Under the pieces are notes generated by a model that worked only from the letters and a program-made list of their open reading frames with translations, searched no databases and was not told the origin of the DNA. A DNA stretch of 57,619 bases, the filler included, from Basidiobolus ranarum (lineage: Eukaryota), in NCBI GenBank assembly GCA_040143965.1. It is 7 parts of 7 records of this genome, joined end to end, with 100 filler letters (N's around TTAATTAATTAA, not from the genome) between each part and the next. Parts side by side here need not be neighbours in the genome. Positions count along the whole stretch, not along the records: positions 1 to 8,164 come from JASJQH010001007.1; positions 8,265 to 16,425 come from JASJQH010001008.1; 5 more parts are not named here. The stretch is one strand, 5' to 3'. The translations under genes were made by a program, and so were the position numbers. Positions 1-11,685 of the stretch are shown in pieces (within the stretch, counting starts at the first letter, position 1; every line of letters starts with the position of its first letter).

Positions 1-639
1 ACGGAGTATGGCCAACAGTCCGTTTCGCTTAGATTTAGATCTTCGACCAAAAAGAAGTTCGTGTAGAGGTCTAACGACAGTTCTTCCAAATTGGTGCATT
101 TGCTGAGAATACCAACAAAATCTTGAAGTACTTGACTTGCAGAAGGCTGATTCAGCCTGTAGTGTAGTTTCTTCAATCCCGTAAGCATATCACTTGTTGG
201 CTGACTAAGAAATGTGGTGGATATCGAAGGTAATCTCATGTAAGGTAACGATATCTTCTCCAGGTTCGGAAAGTAACTGATCGAGTCGCAGATTTCTGTC
301 GCACAGCTGATTCGATACTTGTACATTTCAAACGCGAATACGCGTACATATTGTCGAACTTGATACATTATTTTGGTTTAGAATTGGAATTGTTTGAAAC
401 AACAAGCACAGAGAAATACCTTGCGGGTTGGACCGAGTCGCCTCCCGAAATGCCATATACGACTCTTTGCTGTTGAAACTGGGACCACGCCATAGGAGTG
501 AACTAGCTATACTGTTCCAGTCTTTGTTAACTAGGCAACAGCACCATAGACTGCCGAGATCAGGATACACGTACGACATCACAATATCCAGGATTTCTGG
601 CGGCATGATATAATGTCTTACATATTGGGTTCGTACCAT
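1..639 (-). CDS. F-box/LRR-type protein, 3'-truncated by window edge (exons 639-420, 358-<1)
   Basis: N-terminal F-box pattern MPPEILDIVMSYV...LWCCCLVNKDWNSIASSLLW; GT..AG intron 419-359 restores frame (Q|VRQYVRVF) into LRR-like segments FPNLEKISL, GLKKLHY, CTNLEELSL. Confidence 0.8.
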
Positions 640-1339
640 AGCTAATACAAAGCGAGGTGGACAATAGGCTGTGATGATGATGTCAAGGGCAAGAAATCAG
701 AAAGAAAACGCGAAAGATACCTCGCTACCGCAGATATTGGGAGCTGGTTTAAATAACTCTCCCGTGATGGAATCCCTACGGCAAATTCTGCCAATCGTAT
801 AAATAACAATAATAAGAAAGGTTTTAACATCAAATATCTAAAAATCAAAATATCCGTCAACTGGGACCTACTATTGGAGGAATCTCCGCATGAAGCAACT
901 TCTGAAGCTATGAACCATCGATGGGATGTAAAGCTTATTGGTGTTTGCTTGGGATCTTTCACGGTTTTTATTCGTACTCCACATACAGCCAATGATGTTG
1001 CAATAACTGTTTACTTTTAGTATTTATAGACGTGTCCCTTCATTCGTTTGATACTGAACAAACGAATCCAATATCGAACACTGGGAATGTCAAAGAATCC
1101 CACTCTATCTCACTGACTAATCGAGCTTTATTGGGATAACCAAAAGATGCTATTCGGTATTTACGCGAAGCTAACCAGCGTACATTGTGATGCATTTATG
1201 AGAGACACCACGACGCTATGATATTATGCTAACCGTCGGGTTTAAACCGACTTCACCGTGTCAATGTACTAGCATATTGCCTATTTCTGGTTTGTACATC
1301 ACTTCTTTAAACTACTTTCGCTGGAGTGGTATCTGGTGA

Positions 1340-1900
1340 AAAGAAGCAGCCGAGCGTCATTTACAAGTACGGAGTGCTGGGTCAAAGAATGCGTAGAAGG
1401 GGACGTACCCACCTACTGTATGTCCTTTAATGAATGCAAGGCACTTTCTGGAGAACACTTCAATCCAGAAAGCTACCTTGAGTTTTCATTTGACAAGATT
1501 TACATGCCGAGGTTTTGAAATAGCAGCCATTAGCATATGAACTGTAGGCAACTGTGTAATAGGGGCCATTTCTGGAATATTTCTAGCACTTATATTCCCC
1601 TCCAGGGTGATAGCAGTCATGATTAGCAAAGCCATATTCAAGTTGAGGTGTTTGATTCCTCGTATATTTGGTAGCCATAGTCGTTCAGCTAGCGGATTTA
1701 CTTGTTTCAAAACATGTCTGTAGTGTTGTTTCATCGCATCTAAACTAGTATTTTTGTCGTCAAGTACTTACAGTTTAAGCTGCGCTCTGATATCGTTGTT
1801 TGAAGATGATGAACCCGCATTATCAGATGAAACATTATGACATAGTCAGTAGTGACAACCTGCTTTAGGATGTTTCTAAAGTGCCAGTCATCATAATGAT
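1340..1900 (-). pseudogene. Decayed NRPS condensation-domain fragment
   Basis: Minus-strand translation gives LAERLWLPNIRGIK, TLEGNISARNIP (cf. VFGxVxSGRN) and HSLKDIQ*VG (cf. HTSLxDIQKW); stops and frameshifts; similarity judged by eye. Confidence 0.4.
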
Positions 1901-2612
1901 GAATTTTTGGGCCTATTATGGAAGTGCATTCTAGATGTCAGATGTTCTCTATATTTAGACATCACATAACTGTCGCATATGATCTAAGGTCACTACAAGT
2001 AGCCCTATGTCTTCTTGGAGCTGATATAAAACAAATGCCAATATATATCTATGTGGATGTAAAATGGATTTAGAGAATTATCAGTCTTGAGTGCAGGAAT
2101 GGAAGGGCCAAGCACTAATCAATTGCGGATGGGTGAAATTTATGGGGTTTATTCAGGATTGTGACACTCAAGATATGTGCTAGTATAGAAAATTTAATCC
2201 ACTATTCTGTCATTTTCAGCATAAATATAATGCCACTGTCTAAAGGCTGAAGCTGAAGCACTTAATTATGCTTGATTTATATAACATGCTTCATTTTATC
2301 AAGTTCATTAGTATTATATATATGATGAAAGATAACAATATATAATAATAAGTGTCTATTATTGCATAGACTAGGCCTCAAGGTGTCAAAAATCAAGAAC
2401 ATTGTGATGGCCAATTACCAAGTATGCAATCTGGGTATCCTCATTGGATTTGTTCAAATTAAGTATGCATATAGGGAAACAATGAGTTAATGATTGAGAT
2501 ATATTCCAGCAATTGGCAGGAAGCTGAGTAAATGACTGAGGTATTTGAGCAAGTATAATGACTTAATTTTTCACAATATTTGCATAATATATATTTGGGT
2601 TTAGCATGATTT

Positions 2613-2942
2613 TGTTGAAATTAGCATTGCCTAAACACCTATATAGTCATATATAGCTTAGTACTTAGCTATCTTATATTGTACTAAGATATCACCCATT
2701 ATTCTCATGAGGGATTTACTTACAAGTCCTCAGATATATAGATTTTTCAGACTTGCGCTAGAAGCCCCAAGCTTTGCACATATGTTCCTGGGATCTTCCT
2801 TAACACATTCTACATGTTTGTTTGCTTACATCTTGACAAAACTATAAATGTCAACTGAATACTCAATAAATCAACAAGTGAAAACCACCAATTTCTCTAT
2901 TTTTCCAAACCACTTCCAACAGGCTCCCAAAATACTTTAACA
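2613..2942 (+). mobile_element. Solo LTR, Ty1/copia family A (330 bp)
   Basis: TGTTG...TAACA termini; flanks GATTT (2608-2612) / GACTT (2943-2947) form a 5-bp TSD with one mismatch; homologous to the copy at 24129-24475 that abuts a copia PPT and RNase H. Confidence 0.9.
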
Positions 2943-3399
2943 GACTTAAACTTGACAAGATGTCAGAGATATAAAAAGAAGGCAAATATGTTACCCAGTA
3001 AAAAAGTTTCGATGCTTTGCGATAATATATACACACTGTTTGTGCTAGGTATTTCATAGAATCACACATTTAGCATTAACCACGTGTTCCTTCTGGTTTG
3101 AAAATGTGCAGTGTCTCTCAAATATTTACAATAGATCCGCAATCAGACAAGAGTATGCTTAAGCTAATCAATCGAATAGTGCATTTCATAGTAAAGTCAA
3201 CTCTCTAGGTGACAATGTATTTACAATAAATCAAGTTCAGCTTTAGGTGCTGCCAGCTAATAAGCAAATTTATGTCAACTCTTCACTACTCCCTCCCGCT
3301 ATCTTGGAGTCAAATTCGTTGACTGAATCGCCCTAGAATTTAGAGGAAAATCATTACAAGAATTCGCTACACCCGTTGAAAAGAGTACAATCAAAACCT

Positions 3400-4790
3400 T
3401 ACGAGATACTCCAATAAACTTCCCTTTCCCTTGTCAATAGGCAAATGACACTCTTGAGGAGTTGAATCAATTGAATTTACTCCACAAGATCGAGACATTA
3501 ACTTAGAGCTTCAGTGTAGACACAGCTGACCGGATTACGAAGCATTCCAATGAAATGAAGCTCAACAATTTTATCATGAGTACTCTTTGACGCAACAGTG
3601 ATGCACACTTCGCAGTAGAATGGTATAATGTTACCTCGCTATGCTGATACAAGTCTTGTAAATATTTAACACATGTTAAGTAGCAAAACAAGCTAGGATA
3701 GACTCTAAGACTGATGTCTTATGTAGTGAAGAGAATATTTTTCCCCAACATTTCATATACAGTTTGAGAGTCTGCTCGTGCTCAGATCATTCATGAAATG
3801 GATATTTGTATGGATCGTAAACTAATTCCAGAAAGTCAAGTGGAAAGACTACATTAAAGACGATTGGTCAAAGAGAGTACTGATGGTGATTAGCAAAGGC
3901 TGCGAGCTCTGATCCATAGCGTTGGATATGCTCAATACAAAATTATCATTATTATTAAAACGTGATGAATAGAATATCTCATTACTTTGCTGTTTAGATA
4001 AAGCCTAAGGTTGGAGATTTGGAGACACAGCAGTGGTACAACCACCTGCAAGAGTAGGGATGTATATATTGAAGTCGATCGAATGATGACACTACCAAGG
4101 TATCTGCAGTCATAGGAATCACATGCAATGTAAGAGCCAAAGAAAGTCAGAGGCATGGTAGCTATTCATGGAGCTGTATCCATTTTCGATAACAGCCAAG
4201 TTCGTTATTGTAAAGTCAATGGAAATCAGCGGTTTTTGATGAAGAAATATGAGATCTTCATCTGCAATAATCAACGGAATCCTAGTAATACTGCCTAGCA
4301 CAGGAATCCAGATAATTCATGACACTCTACGCTATGCAGTGTAACTGCTCCATAGAGTCGCTATCCCTTGGAATAGGTGTTCACGAACACATTGTTTCTC
4401 GGCCTCTTTATGGTGACTTGGGTGTGGAGACACTTCAGATCATCATTTGTTTATTCGGCAATCGAGCATTACTCCGATATAAGGAATTTCTATTGTGAAA
4501 TACCTTAGATATTAATTCTTAATGGGACAAGGCTGCAGCAGTTCCAGATCCAACACGTACTATCTCCCCTACTGTAACGTAAGTAATGGGTTGACACTGA
4601 GCAGGATACTGGCAGTAAAGCAGTATTTTATCGGTCTCTAGCAACTGCTCTCCGCACAGTCGGTGCAGTGTTAATATTCTGGAATCAATATCGCGAGTTG
4701 TATAGCAAGCACTCAACTTGAGAAATACCTTGGGGTTGGTTACACAAATAAATACTTGTATAACCATAAAAACCATTGTCTGATATATTC
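3400..4790 (-). pseudogene. Decayed NRPS module (adenylation C-half, T, C)
   Basis: Collinear degenerate motifs: CQPITYVTVGEIVRVGSGTA..ELISKVF (A6 region), SLYRSNARLPN (A7 YRTGD-like), IATMPLTFFG (A10-like), SIYTSL/LAGG (T-like), YSIHHVL (HHxxxDG-like, ~3955-3975), KCWGKIFSS; many stops and deletions. Confidence 0.55.
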
Positions 4791-5242
4791 TGCTTTATTC
4801 TGCTTCTCAGAAGAGGCCATGAAATTCAGAGAATATTTTTATTAGCTGCAATTTTAAACAGAATGGTTACCTGGCCTAAGGCAAAGTCCGCTCCGTAGCA
4901 AGTAAATATTTACCAAAAGCGAGTATTGTACGCTGAACACATAAACCAAGTAATACACCTCAGTACTGTACCATGCTTGAACTTTTCACCAACAGGCTGA
5001 GGGCTATTCGAATCAAATGGAATAAATCTATTGGATCCTAGAGTTATACAGTCCTTAATCGAATTACTAATCTCAAGGCAGCTTACAGGTATAAATGAGA
5101 GCCACTACTGAGCTACTAATCAGAATCAATATTCGAGTGTATACTCTTAAGCAGCATCCAAAAGAAGCCAGATCCGCTAGTTTGTCTCTGTATTTCCCAG
5201 TAAAATCCAAGTGCACTAGAACCCATTTAAAAACCGCCTAAG

Positions 5243-6292
5243 ATGTCAAAAAAACTTAACGTCCTGATTATTGGCACTGGTCTCTTCGCCACATCAACCT
5301 ATCTCCCAGCCTTGGAAGGTCTTTCCGATAAATTCCAGATTGTAGCTTGCTGTAACCGGTCACTCGAGAAGGCCCAGCTTTTTGCTGAAAAGGCCAGCAT
5401 TCCTGCAAACGCCGTCTACACTGATATTGATGAGGCACTTCAGCACCCAGGCGTGGATGTGGCAGCAATTCTCGTTCCAGTACAGTACAACTTGGAAATA
5501 ACAAGAAAAGCTATAAACGCTGGGAAGCATGTAGTTCTTGAGAAACCGATTGCTCATAATCTTAGAGATGCAGCCGAAGTTGTTCGACTGTCTAAATCCA
5601 CAGATAAGGTGGTCCTCGTGGCCGAAAACTTCGGATACAGGGAATACTTACACAAGGTTTCCAATATTATCAAGAATGGAACTATTGGAAACGGCGTGGC
5701 CTTTAACTACGTGGCCAACAGAAATTATGACCCAAGCAACCCGTATATGGCTACCAAATGGAGACAAAGCCCAGAACACGTTGGTGGATATCTATCAGAT
5801 GGTGGAGTGCACAACTGGGCTGAGATCATTGAGCTTCTAGGTCGTCCTGATGAAGTGTCAGCCTTCACCTCTCAAACGTACGAGATACACGGAGCAGAAG
5901 ATACCATTGCTTTGTCAGCCAAAATGGTATCTGGCGCTGTTGGTACTTTTGTGCTTAGTATGGCCACTGCCAAGCCCGCAGGATTGAACTTTCATATCTA
6001 CGGAACCAAAGGTACCATCTACATTTCTCAATCGCAAAATATTGATACTGAAGGCTCGATATCGTCGGAGGAGATCAGTGTTACCATCTTTGAGGATACA
6101 GGAAATGTGACCAATTTCGACAAATCATCTGGGATCGGGGTAACCGAAGAATGGTGTGACTTTTATGATGCCGTCACACATGGCAAATCCTTAAGGATAA
6201 CTCCTGAAGATGCGTACTACCATTTGGCTACAATAGCAGCAGGTATAGAGTCTTCTAAAACTAGAAAAGTGGTTCCAGTACAAACTGTCTGA
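5243..6292 (+). CDS. Gfo/Idh/MocA family NAD(P)-dependent oxidoreductase (349 aa, intronless)
   Basis: Rossmann IIGTGLFA, AGKHVVLEKP, GGYLSDGGVH motifs; TATAAA at ~5090; AATAAA after the stop. Confidence 0.92.
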   Translation: MSKKLNVLIIGTGLFATSTYLPALEGLSDKFQIVACCNRSLEKAQLFAEKASIPANAVYTDIDEALQHPGVDVAAILVPVQYNLEITRKAINAGKHVVLEKPIAHNLRDAAEVVRLSKSTDKVVLVAENFGYREYLHKVSNIIKNGTIGNGVAFNYVANRNYDPSNPYMATKWRQSPEHVGGYLSDGGVHNWAEIIELLGRPDEVSAFTSQTYEIHGAEDTIALSAKMVSGAVGTFVLSMATAKPAGLNFHIYGTKGTIYISQSQNIDTEGSISSEEISVTIFEDTGNVTNFDKSSGIGVTEEWCDFYDAVTHGKSLRITPEDAYYHLATIAAGIESSKTRKVVPVQTV

Positions 6293-6699
6293 GACCAATG
6301 GAGTCCGTGATAGATGTCGATTAAAAACCAGTGTTACGCTACCTCAATAAACATAAAATGCTCACAAGTGATGACCACTCCGCTATAAATATATCTAAGA
6401 ATGCTTCAACACAGCCAACAAATAAGAGTCAATCAAGCTCAATGACATTATACCAAGCAATTCTAATGCAAGCAATAAATGAGTGTCACTAGAAGTTCAG
6501 CTGCTTAGGGTTAGGTCTTTATATTCTCTATTTGGCATTCCAAATTAATTGTGCTTAAAGAGAGGATATTTGATGCTGTTTTAATTTGGTAGTGGTGATT
6601 GTGATGATAGTGATTGTTGTGCACAAACATACAAAGTTGTTTAACTTACACCATATGTATACAACTTGCATGAATATCTGTTTAGTTTATCATCATTGC

Positions 6700-8056
6700 T
6701 AACTAGACACCTGACCTTATCCAGTGACTCTATCATGTGACTTATCACATGACTAACTATCTATTCTCTTATCCCTTATATCAGATCATATGACCAATCA
6801 CATGATCATTATCCAATCAGTATTAACCTCTGAGTCATCTGCCCAGACACAAGTCAATATGAGTTACAAGATCCATAACCAATAATCTTTCACTGCCAAG
6901 ACTTTTGCTGATGCATGACTCACATATCTATCTATCTATCCAATCACATTGTCTTTTATCACAATTAGTCATCTATTATCTTGGTGCTCACTAATTCATT
7001 TTGCAATCAAAAAGTAAAATAAAGCCAACTGAACCTTTTGGTTTAGTGTGTGTCTCAACAAATATAGGATCTCAACATTTCTCAGTGTTTCTCAACAAAT
7101 TCAATATTCCTCTCTCATTTCTATCCAAGCCTAGTATCCATTAGAATCTACAGAACACCAAGCCTAGCTGCCTAGCAAACCTACTCTCTACCTTAACATA
7201 GCAACCCACTACTATTCCCAAGACATATATTAGTTAGATCTACTCTGCTGATATATCCTGCTTAAATATTTCTAAGATTCCACACTTAACTGTTTCTTTG
7301 GTTCAGTAAAGTTCAAGACTTTTAATCCACTTATTTCTTGGACATAACAGTGATGCTATTCTATCAGGTAGGTTGATCTATTGAAAGATCATCTTCAATC
7401 CAGATTTTGTCAGGGTTTGAATTGGCTGGATTGGGTGTACTAGTGATGAGTGAAATTCCACATTCTTTGGCTAAATCTGCCAAGTAAGATCTATAAGTAC
7501 TCTCATTAGACAGATGAAATGATTGCTGGATTCTTTTAGCAAATGCTGATCTGATTTGATCTGGGGTAGGGGGGAGACAGTCACCAGCAGGTGAAATCTT
7601 TATTTGAAACAAAACAAAGAAGCCATAACTACTTTTATAGTTTCTTATTCAAAGTGTGAAGTTCTGGAGTATTGGTTAGAATGTTGCACAGTAGAAAAGT
7701 TAAGTCAGTAGAGTGTAAGACACTATTAAGTAGAGTGGGAGGGAGCCATAAAGGTAAAAATGGTTTGTCAACAATGGAAATAAGTGGAATGAGGCTAGGA
7801 TTAACATAAAGCATAAAGAGAAAGTGTTTCTGAAGATATTGTTGCCAAAGGGCCACTAAGTATTCCATGTAGGCAAGGGAGGGCTTCTCAGCTTGTTCTA
7901 TAAAGGAAGCAAATTTCTTGACTTCACAATCTCCTAGCAGTATTCTCCAGCAAGAAGAAGCATCAGAGAAGTGGGAACCTCTCCAAGACATAATCAGAGG
8001 GTTCTGACTCTTGCAAATCCTGATGAACAGTCTAGTATTTAGGTAGAGTAGTCTAT
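6700..8056. mobile_element. Degenerate repeat/retroelement debris (possible LTR-like segment plus non-LTR ORF2 3' remnant on minus strand)
   Basis: No CpG seen, repeated TCACATGAC-type motifs at 6733-6806, broken minus-strand ORF with WRILLG...HFLF reminiscent of a zf-RVT tail; family not established. Confidence 0.35.
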
Positions 8057-8164
8057 TGTTAAAGTATTTGGGAGCCTGTTGGAAGTGGTTTGGAGAATTA
8101 GAGGAATTGGTGGTTTTCACTTATTGATTTATTGAGTAGAAAGTTGACATTTATAGTTTTGTCA
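8057..8164 (-). mobile_element. Copia family A LTR, 3' part, cut by contig end
   Basis: Reverse complement of the 2613-2942 LTR end; differs from the 16307 copy at one position over 108 bp. Confidence 0.9.
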
Positions 8165-8264
8165 NNNNNNNNNNNNNNNNNNNNNNNNNNNNNNNNNNNN
8201 NNNNNNNNTTAATTAATTAANNNNNNNNNNNNNNNNNNNNNNNNNNNNNNNNNNNNNNNNNNNN
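8165..8264. other. Artificial contig linker (also 16426-16525, 24681-24780, 32923-33022, 41159-41258, 49391-49490)
   Basis: Identical 100-nt N-TTAATTAATTAA-N spacer with stops in all six frames; genes truncated at its edges; contig lengths decrease monotonically. Confidence 0.99.
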
Positions 8265-9670
8265 AATGCTATAGGACAGTGACTCTGTGCACGTTTACTT
8301 CAACTGATATGGTATTCTTGAGGTATTGTAAGCTTAGAGCAACACATGAGAGGAAATCAGCGCTCTCAGCCAGTGGATGACCTTTGATGGAGATATACTT
8401 CCATTCTTGCTAAGGTGATAAGTAATCTACCGCAATATGAGACTATCAAAGAGTTTAGGGGTAAACAAATGCCCACTGGACTTGGGGACACTGAAACAAT
8501 GATATAGACATGCTAAGGTTCAGAGGGGCAGCGAGATAGTCAGGTCTCTTTGCGAAAATATTGGTCCTCAGACCAGCCTGTGTGTATATAACTGACTGTA
8601 CTTGGGTTCACGATGCATCTACAGAATGGAGTAAATTCATTTCAGCTAATTGGGAACAGTTTAGGCCCCAATGGGTCGATATCTGTAGTTTGTATTATCA
8701 TATTTGCTGGTTGCAGTTTACTAATTCACTCCAACTTTGGGGGTATTATTTCGGAGTCATTAAGCGCAGCCTAACTAGATCGGAGAAACTCTCCTAATAT
8801 CATCTAGACACGACCAATAGCTTACTGCCATAATGGGCGAAGTCTGCGCCCGAGCTATAATATTCAAGTTGCACTAGTGGTGTGGCATTTCTTCGTGCAG
8901 ATAAGTTGGAAATTATCCTAAACCGTATGGATCCAGGTTTATATCAAGTTACGAAATTGCACATTTGGATTGCGAACAAGTAAATCTAGATTCTGATGGA
9001 AAAAAAAGGGAATTAACGTTCTATCGGAATTCATTAATGAGAATATAGAAGTACGAGGAGACCAACGATCCATAATCCAATGGCCAATCTATTATAATAA
9101 AAACTTGCGTTTTTTATTGCATCATCTAGAAGGTTTGTTTCCTTTAGAAGATTGGTTTCGGTTGATTGGCGAGAACACCAAGGGTTTGGAGTACACACAC
9201 GTAGAATTTATCATCTTTCATCACCAAATGTGGTTACGCAGTGCTTACTACTCAGTGACACTAGGCGAGTGGCCCGCCAAATGATGGTTGGGGCTCTATT
9301 GAAGTCCATTTGCTTTCACATTAAGTGTTTCATTGCATTGAGACATACACCTAACCGCGCGTATGTTGCAAGATACCGCCTAAGCAACGGATCACGTAAT
9401 CAAGAGTGTATGGAAGCATGCATAAATCACTAATTGCTTTCAGTTAGGGCTGAATGAGATTATAATCTTCACTAGTAATTTCAAATCATGGCACTGCGAT
9501 CTCTGCGCTAACATATTTGTTTATCGAATATGAGAGAAATGGTTTTCTAAGCAAAATGAATGTAGATTACAGATTAAAGGTGAATTAGATGTGAATTATC
9601 GCATGGTTATGTCTTAAGTTTGTTGTCCTACTAGTTCATTGAATGAATACGAGGGAAATAGATACTTTGG

Positions 9671-10904
9671 CTAGTCTTTAGAAAAGTTTTGTTCATTGGC
9701 ATTCTTGGAAGTGGTGGGCTCTGGGGAGCTACTGTGATTATGTGTACTACCAAATGGTCTATTGGTGTCAGTTGGTAGTACTTGAGTGTACACAGGCGGA
9801 GTAGCCGGGATCACATTTGTTGAAGGTTTTGGCGAGGTGGATCTAGCTAATCGTGAATTTTGCAGATGTATTTTCAAGTGTCGTCGTAGATTGGACAAGA
9901 CCGAGAATTTTTTATGACATCCTGTCATTTGGCAGGCGTATGGTTTTTCACCAGTATGTGAGTACATGTGAGTCTTTAGTGAGCTGGGTCTATTGAACAT
10001 CTTTTCACATGAAGAGCACTTGTACCGCTTCTGATCTTCTGGCTTGAATTCCCGCGAGCTTGGTGGGCTAGGTGCTTCTAGTAAGTTGGTCTGAACCATT
10101 TTGTCCACCATTACTGGCTTCCTTGACTCCGAGGTGGATCCTATTGTGATAGACGTTGTCGAATTTATCATGTTTTGTATTTGACGCACACTTGTAGATA
10201 ATGGAGACTCCGGATTTGATATGTAAAAAGCCTCGGAACTTCTTTTCCTTGGTACTGAACTGAACGGATCATCAAAATGGGTATATTCCGAAGAAGTCAG
10301 TGAAGGTGTGAACACTTCCGAGAACAGTTGTGCATCTTTTTTAGCAATGATATTAGATGTAGGGTCAGGATCTAATGGGAAAAATTCCCTACTTGGGGGA
10401 TGAAAATACGGCAATTCAGAGGGGTACTGAACTGGTAACTTCTCCCAACTTTCTTTGGCATCATAGGCTGGATCATGACAAAAAGTTTCATCCATGCCAG
10501 ATGGCTTTGGTCCTGCACATAGTTCCAATGATGATGTTTTCGAGGTTTCTGGGTAAGGTGACGTACCTGGGGCTCGCGAACCCTTTATTCGAAATGTATG
10601 TAAGGTTTCTTCGTCCGTCGTATGTGTTGTATTCTGCTGCTCTTGATTCTAATAAATTGAAGTTAAAGACGTGCCGCAAAGGTTTCTTAGCGTCATGAGA
10701 ATAATTAAAGAAATAACCAGCGAAAGACGTATTCGCCAGCATATATAAAATAGGAAGTTGTATCTCATTTTTGAAAGAAAGTTAAAAGCACTATACCCTT
10801 GAAGAAGTTTCGTCACTAAGTACTTCTTGTGAGTGTTCCAGTCGAATAAAACTAGATATATCGTATTCTTTAGAAGTGTCCTTCTCATCTGGTGAAAGTG
10901 ACAT
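9671..10904 (-). CDS. C2H2 zinc-finger transcription factor, FlbC-like (exons 10904-10797, 10648-10567, 10512-9671)
   Basis: Two fingers YKCSSCEKMFNRPSSLKTHMYSH-TGEKP-YACQMTGCHKKFSVLSNLRRHLKIH; two GT..AG introns give a continuous frame from MSLSPDEK. Confidence 0.88.
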
Positions 10905-11685
10905 TGCATTCGCGAACTCCCGAAGGGGTTCCTCTATATTTAAGCTTAAAGCAAAACGTATCAACAACTCTATTTCATAAATACGCCAGTTCAACTACGG
11001 ATACACACTCTTCACTAGTGTTGGTGAGCAATAGAAAATATAGTGTAGTTACTATAAGAATAAGCGGTCAAATTTCTATATCTACTGAGGAGTATTTGTA
11101 AGCTAATCCAAAGCGAATTAACATAGATATGGGTTAAGAATGAGTACGCGATTTGAGGGAGCCCCGGTAACTTGCGATAGTTCTACTTTTCCTTCAATTT
11201 AAGAATTCTTGGTTGTTTGAAGAGTAGCGTATTCACATCTACATTAAATTGAGTACCTTATAAATCAATTCATATGCGACTAAGCAATCTCTAATTGCAA
11301 TCAAATATAATCCGATTACTTCAATCGGGGATTCATACAAGGTAAAACATATATCCTCAGGGATTGGGCTGACGATCATCAGATTCTATACATATATGGG
11401 ACGCTCGAAGGCACACATCACTTGTCACTCTGGTGTTTCACATGGTCTATATAAGAGATGGATCATACAAGGCGCTAACTCTAATCAGGTGCAAATATTA
11501 AAGCTAAACCTGGTTGATTCCTTTATGGTGGAAGCATATTAACTCTATTCGCGAGTAAGCCTGGCTGATTTTCACTAACGAATTTATAAGAATGGCTTTT
11601 GGGGATGCTGCGTATTGAATGAACTAAATCTCTATAGGGTGCTTGGTAGTTACAATTGGATATCTAATCTAAAAACTGCTCCAAG

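Noticed and set aside
7635..8120. 161-aa ORF as a genuine gene
   Set aside because: Starts at a non-ATG codon inside an LTR and reads into CpG-free debris; chimeric
8165..8264. Regularly spaced TTAATTAATTAA palindromes in N-runs, about every 8.2 kb
   Set aside because: Artificial contig-joining linker; the periodicity reflects size-sorted contigs
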